DNA of 64,000 bases from Bacteroidota bacterium (GTDB lineage Bacteria; Bacteroidota; Bacteroidia; Chitinophagales; Chitinophagaceae), in contig JBDKFR010000068.1 in assembly GCA_039798645.1 (NCBI GenBank), positions 4,744 to 68,743 of the forward strand, written 5' to 3'. The position numbers and the translations under genes were made by a program. Under the pieces are notes generated by a model. That model was given only the letters and a program-made list of their open reading frames with translations. It searched no databases and was not told the DNA's origin. Shown piece by piece: positions 43,830 through 53,857 of the stretch. Within the stretch, counting starts at the first letter, position 1. Every line of letters begins with the position of its first letter.

Positions 43830-43881
43830 GTTAGCTTAATGGAATAGGTTTTACCTTTACTTTCATTAGAAAAACACATAT

Positions 43882-44568
43882 ATGAACTTAGGAAAAGAAT
43901 TTGAAAAATACGCTGTAAAGCACCGAGGCATTGGCAGCAATACCCTACACCAATATCAAAATAGTGTAACCAACCTTACGCCCTATATCATTGAAGAAAG
44001 ACCTATGAACGTGGCAAGTATGGACGTTTTCAGTCGCTTAATGATGGATAGAATCATATTCTTAGGAGAAGGAATCAATGACTATGTTGCCAATATTGTA
44101 ACAGCACAGTTACTATTCTTAGAAAGTACTGATCGTACTAAGGATATTCAAATGTATATTAATAGCCCAGGTGGTAGCGTTTATGCTGGCTTAGGTATAT
44201 ATGACACAATGCAATTTATAGGACCCGATGTTGCAACCATTTGTACAGGTATGGCGGCAAGCATGGGTGCGATTTTATTGTGTGCTGGTGTTGAAGGAAA
44301 AAGAACTGCCTTAAAACACAGTCGTATTATGTTGCACCAACCAAGTGGTGCAGTAGGTGGACAAGCTTCGGATATTGAAATCACAGCTAGAGAAATTAAA
44401 AAATTAAAACACGAGTTATACGAAGTCATAGCGATTCATACACACAAGGATGTGGATGTTGTTGCCAAGGATTGTGATAGAGATTTTTGGATGACTGCAG
44501 CTGAAGGAAAAGAATATGGATTAGTAGATGAAGTATTATTAACTAACCCTAGAAAACAAAAAAAGTAA
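43882..44568 (+). CDS. clpP: ClpP protease subunit 1
   Basis: DVFSRLM.DRIIFLG, YINSPGG, AASMG, HQP, DRD. Confidence 0.95.
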   Translation: MNLGKEFEKYAVKHRGIGSNTLHQYQNSVTNLTPYIIEERPMNVASMDVFSRLMMDRIIFLGEGINDYVANIVTAQLLFLESTDRTKDIQMYINSPGGSVYAGLGIYDTMQFIGPDVATICTGMAASMGAILLCAGVEGKRTALKHSRIMLHQPSGAVGGQASDIEITAREIKKLKHELYEVIAIHTHKDVDVVAKDCDRDFWMTAAEGKEYGLVDEVLLTNPRKQKK

Positions 44569-44637
44569 CCAATTCTATATTGTTAAATACAATACATATA
44601 CAAAGGTGAAATAATTAATAATTTTCAAATTGAATTT

Positions 44638-45261
44638 ATGATACTGAATAAAAGTTTTTTAATGGAAGATGAGGACGAACCAAAATCAGATAAAAAAGAG
44701 GATAATGGTCCTGGTTTCTTGAATAAAAAAATGGAGCAAATCTTTTTTGAAAAAAGATCTATTTACTTATGGGGTCAGGTCGATGATAAATCAGCAAAAG
44801 ATATTGTAACAAAATTATTATTATTGGACGCTGACAAACCAGGTGCTGAAATTAATTTTTACATCAATAGTCCAGGTGGAGTGGTTACAAGTGGCATGGT
44901 TATGTTTGATACCATGAACTTAATTAAAAGCCCAGTGCATACCATTTGTATGGGATTAGCTGCAAGCATGGGTTCAATTCTATTAAGCATGGGTGAAAAA
45001 GGAAAACGTACTATTTTCCCTCATGGCGAAGTTATGATTCACCAACCAAGCTTAGGCGGCTATTACCAAGCGACAAGTGCCGACATTGAAATACAGGCTG
45101 AACAAATTAGAAAAACAAAAGAACTAGGCGCAAAAATATTAGCTAAAAACTGCGGAAAATCTATTGAACAAATTATGGCTGATTTTGATAGAGACTATTG
45201 GATGAATGCGGAAGAAGCCGTTGCTTATGGCATTGTAGATAAAATTGCTAAAAGCTTATAA
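44638..45261 (+). CDS. clpP: ClpP protease subunit 2
   Basis: YINSPGG, AASMG, HQP, DRDYWM; acidic N-terminus. Confidence 0.92.
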   Translation: MILNKSFLMEDEDEPKSDKKEDNGPGFLNKKMEQIFFEKRSIYLWGQVDDKSAKDIVTKLLLLDADKPGAEINFYINSPGGVVTSGMVMFDTMNLIKSPVHTICMGLAASMGSILLSMGEKGKRTIFPHGEVMIHQPSLGGYYQATSADIEIQAEQIRKTKELGAKILAKNCGKSIEQIMADFDRDYWMNAEEAVAYGIVDKIAKSL

Positions 45262-45272
45262 TATTCCAAACT

Positions 45273-46517
45273 ATGAAAATGAGCAAAGCTATCACAACCA
45301 TTCAATGTTCTTTTTGCGGACGTAAAAGAGAAGAAGTAAAAATATTAATCGCCGGACAGGATGGACATATTTGTGAAAACTGTATTGAGCATGCTCATGA
45401 AGTCATTGAAAAAGAATTCCATCAGAAAAAATCAGATGGCAAAGCAGGTACTTTAAAAGTACAAAAACCAATGGCCATCAAATCATTCTTAGATCAATAT
45501 ATTATTGGACAGGATGAAGCTAAAAAAATTCTTTGTGTAGCAGTATACAACCACTTTAAACGCATTAATCTTCCAGTCAACGCTAAAAATGAAGTGGAAA
45601 TTGAAAAGAGTAATGTGATCATGATTGGCGAGACAGGTACCGGAAAAACATTATTAGCAAAAACCATTGCTAAATTATTAAATGTCCCATTTGCAATTGT
45701 AGATGCTACGGTATTTACGGAAGCAGGCTATGTAGGTGAAGACGTAGAAAGCATGTTGACCCGTTTGTTACAAAACTGCGACTATGATGTTGAAGCAGCA
45801 CAAAGAGGTATTGTATATATTGACGAAATCGATAAAATTGCCAGAAAAAGCGATAACGCATCCATTACAAGAGACGTAAGTGGAGAAGGTGTTCAACAGG
45901 GATTATTAAAAATGCTGGAAGGCACCGAAGTATTGGTACCACCTCAGGGAGGTCGAAAACATCCTGATCAAAAAATGATAAAAGTTGACACTAAAAATAT
46001 TTTATTCATTTGTGGTGGCGCATTTGACGGTATCGATAAAATAATTGCACGTCGTATTAATACAAATGCCATTGGGTTTAGTGTCAATAAAGATGAGCAG
46101 GAATTACAACGAAAAAATTTACTCCGTTTTGTCAATGCGCAGGACATTAAAACATTTGGCTTAATACCTGAAATGCTCGGTCGTTTGCCAATTGTAACTC
46201 ATTTAGAACCTCTAGATGCTGAAACCTTAAGAAGTATCTTAACGGAACCTAAAAATGCTTTAATCAAACAATATACCGAGCTATTTGCTATTGAAAATAT
46301 CAAGTTAAAAATTGAACCAGCCGTTTACGATTTCATCACTACAAAAGCTATGGAATATAAACTAGGTGCAAGAGGCTTGAGAAGCATTTGTGAAAGCTTA
46401 TTTACACAAGCTATGTTTGAATTACCTGGCACCGATATTAAAGAATTTGCAGTCACCTTAGACTACGCAAAACAAATGTTTGACAAAAGCAAATTAAACG
46501 CCATGAAGGCCGCTTAA
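45273..46517 (+). CDS. clpX: ClpX ATPase
   Basis: CSFC..ICENC zinc finger, [26 protein letters not shown] loop, GARGLR. Confidence 0.96.
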   Translation: MKMSKAITTIQCSFCGRKREEVKILIAGQDGHICENCIEHAHEVIEKEFHQKKSDGKAGTLKVQKPMAIKSFLDQYIIGQDEAKKILCVAVYNHFKRINLPVNAKNEVEIEKSNVIMIGETGTGKTLLAKTIAKLLNVPFAIVDATVFTEAGYVGEDVESMLTRLLQNCDYDVEAAQRGIVYIDEIDKIARKSDNASITRDVSGEGVQQGLLKMLEGTEVLVPPQGGRKHPDQKMIKVDTKNILFICGGAFDGIDKIIARRINTNAIGFSVNKDEQELQRKNLLRFVNAQDIKTFGLIPEMLGRLPIVTHLEPLDAETLRSILTEPKNALIKQYTELFAIENIKLKIEPAVYDFITTKAMEYKLGARGLRSICESLFTQAMFELPGTDIKEFAVTLDYAKQMFDKSKLNAMKAA

Positions 46518-46550
46518 ATAATAAATTAAATAACCCTTAATAACATACCA

Positions 46551-46703
46551 ATGCAAGAATTAATTGATCGTTTAGTAAAAGAAACGGGTGTAACCCCAGA
46601 GCAAGCAAAGCAATCTATTGAAACGATAGCTGCTTTTGTAAAAGAAAAATTCCCAATGTTAGGTGGTGCTGTGAACCAAATTTTCAAAGCAGGGGGTAAA
46701 TAA
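46551..46703 (+). CDS. Unlisted 50-aa small helical protein
   Basis: MQELIDRLVKETGVTPEQAKQSIETIAAFVKEKFPMLGGAVNQIFKAGGK*; A-rich leader, 33 nt after clpX. Confidence 0.7.
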   Translation: MQELIDRLVKETGVTPEQAKQSIETIAAFVKEKFPMLGGAVNQIFKAGGK

Positions 46704-46713
46704 ATTACACGCT

Positions 46714-46923
46714 TAAAATAAAAAAAGCCTTCCTAACGGAAGGGTGAAGTTTTAGTATTTTAATTAAATTGTAAATAAAAATTAAAATACTAAAACCAAT
46801 ATAAAATAAAAAAAGCCTCACCAAGGTGAGGGTGAAGTTTTGGTATTTTAATTAAATTGTAAATAAAAATTAAAATACTAAAACCAATATAAAATAAAAA
46901 AAGCCTCACCAAGGTGAGGCTTT
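46714..46923. repeat. 88-bp tandem repeat (~2.4 copies) of terminator-like hairpin plus 48-bp palindrome
   Basis: TAAAATAAAAAAAGCCT at 46714, 46802, 46890; 17-bp arms GTTTTRGTATTTTAATT/AATTAAAATACTAAAAC at 46749-46796 and 46837-46884. Confidence 0.92.
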
Positions 46924-46958
46924 CAAGCAAGCAATCATAAACTAGGAATAAATCCTAC
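46896..46958 (-). ncRNA. Candidate ~65-nt small RNA
   Basis: Near-consensus -7 (TTAGTTTG, 46961-46968), hairpin TAGGA-TTTAT-TCCTA, single-stranded GTTTATGATTGCTTGCTTG, terminator GCCTCAC-CTTG-GTGAGGC-T7. Confidence 0.4.
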
Positions 46959-47061
46959 CCCAAACTAATAATTTTTTTTGAAAAAACAACTTTTCATTGA
47001 AATATTATTTTGAGGAATTTCATGAATGTCGGCTAATAATGAAGCAATTGTTGCCTCATTA

Positions 47062-47913
47062 TCAATCTGATAGCTGAATTTTTGTTTTCAGCGCCTTGGC
47101 CTCAATTTCACTCAAATCAAAGGATTCAACCAACTCGGACCAGCTAATTTTGCCTTGATTCACCTTTTTCATTCTTAGAATAGTCCAAATTTGTCTATCC
47201 GTAAATAGGTTTAAATTTTTCCAATCATTAAAATTTAATGCATTCGCATTGGGTAATTCATGTTGTTTATTGTCAACATAAATATGTGCACGGAGCAATT
47301 GAAAAGTACTATCATTCATGCCATAAACCTTATTCAATTGATATATGGATTTATAAACCCCTAAGTAGTTTTTGTAAGCGATTATTCTTTTTATCAACCC
47401 TATATTCAAAATTGTAATTGACTCCCATTCCTTTTCATTGATAGTATTGATATTTATTTTTCCTTGAACCTCCTTAGCATCATAACTATTATTATACTTA
47501 TAATATTGATTATGCCTATTACCCTGTTTTGATGTATCATATTGTTTGGGATGCGCCTCAGCCATTACAATATAAGGTCTGAGTAGTTGATATTTTTCAT
47601 CCGTTAAACCATATAAGCGAGCAAAGTCATCTTTATTTTTAAACCTCCCTCCTTTCGCTCTATAATGTAGTAATGACATGACTTGTCTAGCAGGTATACC
47701 TAATAAAATTGCACTTTGACTGTCAATAATATTAGGATCAAAATTGAATAATTTGTATTGGCCATTTAGTTTTTCTAAATCACTTACACCAGGTTTAATG
47801 GAAAGCAGTTGACTTACTAATACAGAGCCTAATAAAACAAAACCAAGCACCACAATACCTTTCAACTCTTTATTTGAAAAGTAGAAATATTTTTTCCATG
47901 CCGGATCAATCAT
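47062..47913 (-). CDS. ComEA-like helix-hairpin-helix protein with N-terminal membrane anchor
   Basis: YFYFS.KE.KG, FNFDPN, YRAKGGRF, ININT, L.KVYG. Confidence 0.75.
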   Translation of the reverse strand: MIDPAWKKYFYFSNKELKGIVVLGFVLLGSVLVSQLLSIKPGVSDLEKLNGQYKLFNFDPNIIDSQSAILLGIPARQVMSLLHYRAKGGRFKNKDDFARLYGLTDEKYQLLRPYIVMAEAHPKQYDTSKQGNRHNQYYKYNNSYDAKEVQGKININTINEKEWESITILNIGLIKRIIAYKNYLGVYKSIYQLNKVYGMNDSTFQLLRAHIYVDNKQHELPNANALNFNDWKNLNLFTDRQIWTILRMKKVNQGKISWSELVESFDLSEIEAKALKTKIQLSD

Positions 47914-48047
47914 TTTTGATCAAATTAAACCCAAAAAGGAAAGCCTATTTTGCGTATTTATACTAGCATTCATAATAACAATAACGGTATTGATACTAAA
48001 TGAAAAAGAGACGCGGAAAGTTTAAAGGGAAAGTTTAAATGAAAAAT

Positions 48048-48815
48048 CTAAACTGAAAATTGTAAACCATCATAGGCCATTTTTATAAAGGATGGCAATT
48101 GGGATTCCGTCTCTTGATGCAGGCCAATTTGGTGGCTAAAATGAGTGAAATATACCTGAGGAATAGCTAATTCTGTTGCCAAAGCGATGGACTCATTTAA
48201 GGTAAAATGAGTTGGATGCGGTTGTGGTCTTAAAGCACTTAAAATCATCACTTTTGCCCCTTTAATTTTCTCTTTCTCACTTTCACTTATATAATTCAAA
48301 TCGGTGATGTATACAAAATCTCCAATACGATACCCAAGCACTGGAAGTTCTCGATGCATGACTTGAATGGGTTCAAATTTTAAATCCCCAATTTTAAAAG
48401 GTTGGTCATCAATGATGGTATGTAACATCATTTCTGGCAAGCCAGCATCCTTATGTTTTTCAAATGCATAATAAAAATCACGCTTAATCGCTACCTGCGT
48501 TATTTCATTTGCATAAATCTGCATGGGTCTATTGGAATGAAAATTAAATGGCCGAATATCATCAAGACCAGCATAATGATCGCGGTGTGGATGTGTAAAC
48601 ACAACCGCATCCAAATGGGTCGTGTTTGTTCTTAACATTTGATATCTGAAATCAGGGGTAGTATCAATCACGACACTTGTATGATCGGATTCAATTTTAA
48701 TACTTGTTCTCAAACGATTATCTCTAGGATCTAAGGAAGTGCATACTTCACAATCGCACCCTATTAAAGGGACACCGGTACTTGTACCTGATCCTAAAAT
48801 GGTGATATTTAACAA
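48048..48815 (-). CDS. MBL-fold metallohydrolase (PhnP-like)
   Basis: LGSGTSTGVP.IGC.C.VC, TH.H.DH..G.DD, THFSH, AYDG; TTG start. Confidence 0.88.
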   Translation of the reverse strand: MLNITILGSGTSTGVPLIGCDCEVCTSLDPRDNRLRTSIKIESDHTSVVIDTTPDFRYQMLRTNTTHLDAVVFTHPHRDHYAGLDDIRPFNFHSNRPMQIYANEITQVAIKRDFYYAFEKHKDAGLPEMMLHTIIDDQPFKIGDLKFEPIQVMHRELPVLGYRIGDFVYITDLNYISESEKEKIKGAKVMILSALRPQPHPTHFTLNESIALATELAIPQVYFTHFSHQIGLHQETESQLPSFIKMAYDGLQFSV

Positions 48816-48873
48816 TGTACTTTATTTAATAGTTTATGGTAACTAGCAACTCCAATTACGATAAACAATATAG

Positions 48874-49146
48874 CTATGCTTCCGTCAATGAAATCTTTTT
48901 AACCTCTTCAAATAATTTTTGAGAGTCATGGGTTAATTTATCGAATTCAATATCTAATTGTGGGATTAACTCTAATAAAGTATTAATTCTGGCTTCTAAA
49001 TTTAAAAATTTATTAAGCACCACAATTCTTTTAGATTCTAATAAGCACCAACCGCTCTGAAAATTACCTCTTTCGTATCTTACAACGAACTCCGATTCAC
49101 CTAAAATATCTTCTAACTTATTTAATGTAGTTTGAGTCAATTTCAT
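48874..49146 (-). CDS. Hypothetical protein (Bacteroidota-type)
   Basis: MKLTQTTLNKLE...VRYERGNFQSGWC...VLNKF; start placed at MKLTQ. Confidence 0.7.
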   Translation of the reverse strand: MKLTQTTLNKLEDILGESEFVVRYERGNFQSGWCLLESKRIVVLNKFLNLEARINTLLELIPQLDIEFDKLTHDSQKLFEEVKKISLTEA

Positions 49147-49268
49147 AATTATGCATTGATTTATAGGGTAGTAAGTGGACATACAAATATAGTTTTTTAG
49201 CAAACTAAGCAGGAAAATAAGGCCTAGTAGTTATTCACATTTCGTACCTTTACCACCACTCATTTTAT

Positions 49269-50498
49269 ATGGCTTTTACACATCGAAAAATTATTAATGA
49301 CCCCGTTCATGGTTTTATTACCATCAACGATCCACTCATTTTTGAAATTATTAGTCACCCCTATTATCAAAGACTAAGAAGAATTCAACAAATGGCTCTT
49401 GCCCAATTGGTATATCCGGGAGCAGTTCATACCCGATTACATCACTCTTTAGGTGCATACCATTTAATGTGCATTGCGATAAACGAATTAAAAGACAAAG
49501 GAATTGAAATTACCACTGAGGAAGCAGTTGCTGCAAAAGCAGCCATTCTTTTACACGATATAGGTCATGGCCCTTATTCACATGCCTTAGAAAAAATATT
49601 GCTTAAAGGAATAAGTCATGAATCACTTTCTTTAGTCATCATGCAAAAGTTGAATGAAGATGACAATCCTGCACTTAAAGGAAATTTATCTTTAGCCATT
49701 AAAATATTCACTAATCAATATCCGAAAAAATTTTTACACCAATTAATTAGTGGCCAATTGGATGTTGATAGACTTGATTATTTATCAAGAGATAGTTTCT
49801 TTACTGGTGTTAGCGAGGGGGTTGTTGGATATGAGCGAATTCTTAAAATGCTAACTGTACATAATAACGAATTGGTTGTTGAAGAAAAAGGTATTAATAG
49901 TGTTGAGAAATTTTTATTATCACGCCGTTTAATGTATTGGCAGGTTTATCGACATAAAACAGTCGTAGCTAGTGAAAATATGTTGGTTAAAATTATTGAG
50001 CGCGCACAATTTCTATTTGAACAAAACAACGAACAAGTAAAAACGGGTGCATTACTTGATACTTTTTTAAGCCATCCCAATATTAAAATCGAAGAGCTAG
50101 CATTAAACGATTATTGCAACTTAGACGACACTGATATTTTACATGCCATTAAAAAATGGCAATACCATGCAGACCCCGTTTTATCTATTTTGTGCAAAGG
50201 ACTACTCAATAGAAAATGTTTTAAGTGTCAAATCCAATCCGAACCAATTGAGGATGCTCAATGGGAAACCGCATTGAATAAAACGAGCAGTAAGTATGCT
50301 TTGAATGAACAAGAGCTTGCATATTTATGTTTTAAAGGGACAGTATCAAATACTTTGTACAAAAACGACAATGAAACCATTAAAATTTTGCTAAAAACGG
50401 GTGAAATTGCCAATATTTCAGCTATTCAAAACGCTTTAATAGTGGAAAGTCTTTCTGCCCCAGTTAAAAAATTTTACATTTGTTCATTGAACGAATAA
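49269..50498 (+). CDS. HD-domain phosphohydrolase (dNTP triphosphohydrolase-like)
   Basis: NDPVHG, QRLRRI.Q, HTRLHHSLG, LLHDIGHGP.SH, DVDRLDY..RD. Confidence 0.9.
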   Translation: MAFTHRKIINDPVHGFITINDPLIFEIISHPYYQRLRRIQQMALAQLVYPGAVHTRLHHSLGAYHLMCIAINELKDKGIEITTEEAVAAKAAILLHDIGHGPYSHALEKILLKGISHESLSLVIMQKLNEDDNPALKGNLSLAIKIFTNQYPKKFLHQLISGQLDVDRLDYLSRDSFFTGVSEGVVGYERILKMLTVHNNELVVEEKGINSVEKFLLSRRLMYWQVYRHKTVVASENMLVKIIERAQFLFEQNNEQVKTGALLDTFLSHPNIKIEELALNDYCNLDDTDILHAIKKWQYHADPVLSILCKGLLNRKCFKCQIQSEPIEDAQWETALNKTSSKYALNEQELAYLCFKGTVSNTLYKNDNETIKILLKTGEIANISAIQNALIVESLSAPVKKFYICSLNE

Positions 50499-50520
50499 CC
50501 CCCCATTCAAAAATTAACGA

Positions 50521-51567
50521 ATGCTACAATTTAGTGCCCAACAGATTGCATTAATGATTCAAGGAAAAGTCGAAGGTGACCATTCGATTGTCGTTTCTCA
50601 ATTTGGAAAAATTGAAGAGGCTACTGAAGGTCAAATTTCATTTTTAGCCAATCCGAAATATGAGGAGTTCATTTATTCAACTCGTGCAAGCATTATTATT
50701 GTAAATGAAGCTTATGTTTTAAAATCTCCCATAAAGGCAACTTTAATTAGAGTGCCCGATGCTTATGCTGCATTTGCAACTTTACTTACAAAATACCAAG
50801 AACTAAAAACTCAAAACCTAACTGGCATACAAACTCCATCTTATATTGCTGAATCAGCAACTATTGGCGAAAATCACTTTGTGGCAGCATTTGCACATAT
50901 TGGTGAAAAAGTTAGCATTGGAAATAATGTGAAAATCTTTCCTCATGTAGTTATTGGTGATAATACCACTATTGGAAATGATGTTGTGTTGTATCCGGGT
51001 GTCATCATCTATGCTGATTGTGTTTTAGGAAATCATATTACTATTCACGCAGGTACTGTCATTGGAAGTGATGGCTTTGGTTTTGCACCATCAACGGATG
51101 GTCGTTATCAAAAAGTGCCTCAATTAGGCAATGTCATTATTGAAGATTATGTTGAGATTGGAGCCAATACTACTATTGATCGCGCAACGATTGGGTCAAC
51201 TGTTATCAAAAAGGGCGTAAAGCTAGATAACCTAATTCAGGTTGCACATAATGTAGAGGTTGGAGAAAACACCGTCATTGCAGCACAAACAGGATTGAGC
51301 GGAAGTACTAAGGTTGGCAAAGGCGTTATGATTGGGGGACAGGTTGGAACTGCCGGACACTTAAGTATCGCAGATGGCGTTAAAATTGCTGGTAAAAGTG
51401 GGATAACGAAGTCAATATCTCAAGCCAATAGTACCGTAACGGGTAACCCTGCCGCGGACCATAGTAGTGCTTTAAGGGCACAAGTTCACATGAAAAACCT
51501 GCCAAATTTGGAGAAAAGGGTCAAAGAACTCGAAATATTAGTTGCTCAACTAGCCCAAAAAGGGTAA
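50521..51567 (+). CDS. lpxD: UDP-3-O-acylglucosamine N-acyltransferase
   Basis: [37 protein letters not shown]; hexapeptide repeats. Confidence 0.95.
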   Translation: MLQFSAQQIALMIQGKVEGDHSIVVSQFGKIEEATEGQISFLANPKYEEFIYSTRASIIIVNEAYVLKSPIKATLIRVPDAYAAFATLLTKYQELKTQNLTGIQTPSYIAESATIGENHFVAAFAHIGEKVSIGNNVKIFPHVVIGDNTTIGNDVVLYPGVIIYADCVLGNHITIHAGTVIGSDGFGFAPSTDGRYQKVPQLGNVIIEDYVEIGANTTIDRATIGSTVIKKGVKLDNLIQVAHNVEVGENTVIAAQTGLSGSTKVGKGVMIGGQVGTAGHLSIADGVKIAGKSGITKSISQANSTVTGNPAADHSSALRAQVHMKNLPNLEKRVKELEILVAQLAQKG

Positions 51568-51630
51568 ATGGACTTATTTTTGTTGAAAATCATCGCTTTA
51601 AGAAACTAAAGCACAAATTATATTAAGTGT

Positions 51631-53040
51631 ATGGATCAGCATTTTAATCCCGATAAACAACACACGCTTTCAAAGAGCATTAAAATAAGTGGAACAGGAT
51701 TACATACTGGCGTTATGGTGGAAATGAAATTAGTACCTGCTAATCCTGGATTTGGCATGCAGTTTCAACGCGTTGACCTACCTAATAAACCCATTATCAA
51801 GGCTGACTGTGATTTAGTAACCGATACAAGTAGAGGAACTACTTTACAAGTGGGTGATGCAAAAGTGAGTACGGTTGAACATATTTTAGCAGCATTGGTG
51901 GGTAGTGGCGTTGACAATGTATTGATAGAAATTAATGGACCCGAAATCCCTATCATGGATGGAAGCTCAGCACCGTTTATAAAAATCATTGAAGAAGCTG
52001 GCGTGCTTGAGCAAGATGCAGCAAAAGCTTGGTATAGTATTGATGAAAATATTTTTCACTACGATGAAGCCAAAAGAGTTGAAATGGTTGCATTGCCAGC
52101 ACTTGATTATCAAATTACAACCTTAATTGATTTTAATAGTCCTGTGCTTGGGACACAACATGCTGCGCTAACAACAATCAAGGATTTTAAAGCTGAAATT
52201 TCACCCTGTAGAACATTTTGTTTTTTACATGAACTAGAAGCCTTGTTGGAGCATGATTTAATTAAAGGTGGAGATATTAATAATGCGATTGTAGTAGTGG
52301 ATAAACCCGTTACCAGTGAAGAAATGGGCCGATTAGCAAAAGTATTTAAGCGTGAAAAAATTGAAGTTAAAAGTGAAGGGTATTTAAATAATTTAGAGTT
52401 ACGTTTCCCCAATGAACCTGCAAGACATAAGTTGTTAGACGTGGTTGGTGACTTAGCTTTAAGTGGCTACCCTATTAAGGCACGTATTATTGCCAACAGA
52501 CCAGGTCATAGTAGCAATGTTGAATTCGCTAAAAAAATAAAACAGTACATCAAAAAGAATAAACACGTTAAAGATGTGCCAGTATATAACCCTAGCTTAA
52601 CACCTGTTTTTAATTTAGAGCAAATTGAAAAAATATTACCACATAGATATCCATTTTTATTTGTAGATAAAATTATTGAACTAACCGACACTGTAATTGT
52701 TGGTGTGAAAAATGTAACTTTTAATGAGTGGTTTTTCCCTGGACACTTCCCTGGTAATCCAGTTATGCCAGGTGTACTTCAGATTGAAGCATTAGCACAA
52801 ACAGGTGGTATTTTATGTATTAACGCAATGCCAGAAGGAAATTATGATACTTACTTTTTAAAAATTGACAACTGTAAATTTAAAAGCATGGTAAAGCCAG
52901 GCGATACGATGCTTTTGAAAATGGAATTGACAGCGCCCATCCGCAGAGGAATATGTGAAATGAGAGGTACTGTATACGTTGGAGGAAAAGTAGCAACCGA
53001 AGCAAACTTAGTTGCTCAGGTTGTTAAAAGAGCAGAATAA
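51631..53040 (+). CDS. lpxC/fabZ: Bifunctional LpxC-FabZ
   Basis: G.GLHTG, TVEH, RTF, RHKLLD..GD; then LPHRYPFL, GHFP..PVMPGVLQIEA. Confidence 0.95.
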   Translation: MDQHFNPDKQHTLSKSIKISGTGLHTGVMVEMKLVPANPGFGMQFQRVDLPNKPIIKADCDLVTDTSRGTTLQVGDAKVSTVEHILAALVGSGVDNVLIEINGPEIPIMDGSSAPFIKIIEEAGVLEQDAAKAWYSIDENIFHYDEAKRVEMVALPALDYQITTLIDFNSPVLGTQHAALTTIKDFKAEISPCRTFCFLHELEALLEHDLIKGGDINNAIVVVDKPVTSEEMGRLAKVFKREKIEVKSEGYLNNLELRFPNEPARHKLLDVVGDLALSGYPIKARIIANRPGHSSNVEFAKKIKQYIKKNKHVKDVPVYNPSLTPVFNLEQIEKILPHRYPFLFVDKIIELTDTVIVGVKNVTFNEWFFPGHFPGNPVMPGVLQIEALAQTGGILCINAMPEGNYDTYFLKIDNCKFKSMVKPGDTMLLKMELTAPIRRGICEMRGTVYVGGKVATEANLVAQVVKRAE

Positions 53041-53057
53041 TTATTTAAAACAAAGCT

Positions 53058-53855
53058 ATGACACATCCATTTACATATATTGACCCTAATGCCAAAATTG
53101 CTCCTAATGTAAAAATAGATCCATTCACAGTTATTCATAGTGAAGTGGTGATAGGAGAAGGTACTTGGATTGGCAGTAACGTTACCATTATGAATGGTAC
53201 AAAAATTGGAAAAAATTGTAGAATTTTTCCGGGTGCTGTTATAGGTGCTGAACCACAGGATTTAAAATTTAATGGAGAAAAAACCTCCGTAGAAATTGGA
53301 GACGGAACTACGATTAGAGAATTTGTTACCATTAACCGAGGCACCACTGACCGATGGATTACAAAAGTGGGTAATAATTGTTTGATCATGGCTTACAGTC
53401 ATATTGCACACGATTGTCTGATTGGAAATAATTGTATTTTAAGTAATAGTGTTCAAGTAGCTGGTCATGTGACTTTAGGTGATTATGCATGGATAGCGGG
53501 CGTGAGTGCGGTACATCAATTTGTAAATATTGGACAACACGCATACATCGCAGGAGGAAGTTTAGTGAGTAAAGACGTTCCACCTTATATTAAAGCAGTT
53601 CGTAACCCATTAAGTTATGGAGGCGTAAACAGTGTAGGTTTAAAGCGCAGAGGATTTGATTTAGAGAAAATCAATCATATACTAGATATTTACCGATATA
53701 TTTTTAATAAAGGAATGAATACCACACAGGCATTAGAATTTATTGAAGAAGAATTACCTGCAACAGATGAACGTGACGAAATTGTAACTTTCATTAGAGA
53801 CAGTGGTCGTGGTATTATCAAAAAATTTGGTAAAGGTGCAGTTGACGAGGACTAA
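53058..53855 (+). CDS. lpxA: UDP-N-acetylglucosamine acyltransferase
   Basis: PQDLKF, IREFVTINRGT, HIAHDC, AGHV, VHQF, KDVPPY. Confidence 0.96.
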   Translation: MTHPFTYIDPNAKIAPNVKIDPFTVIHSEVVIGEGTWIGSNVTIMNGTKIGKNCRIFPGAVIGAEPQDLKFNGEKTSVEIGDGTTIREFVTINRGTTDRWITKVGNNCLIMAYSHIAHDCLIGNNCILSNSVQVAGHVTLGDYAWIAGVSAVHQFVNIGQHAYIAGGSLVSKDVPPYIKAVRNPLSYGGVNSVGLKRRGFDLEKINHILDIYRYIFNKGMNTTQALEFIEEELPATDERDEIVTFIRDSGRGIIKKFGKGAVDED

Positions 53856-53857
53856 TA

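Noticed and set aside
46749-46884. Type II/VI-like CRISPR repeats (GTTTTAG...CTAAAAC ends)
   Set aside because: Only two copies; the 40-bp 'spacer' is itself repeated and is a terminator; no cas genes.
49231-49239. Perfect DnaA box TTATTCACA in the HD-gene promoter
   Set aside because: A single 9-mer in AT-rich DNA is expected by chance; it needs conservation evidence.
51631-53040. LpxC-FabZ fusion, isolated atpDC pair and alpha2-type GlyRS as novelties
   Set aside because: All are standard for Bacteroidota.
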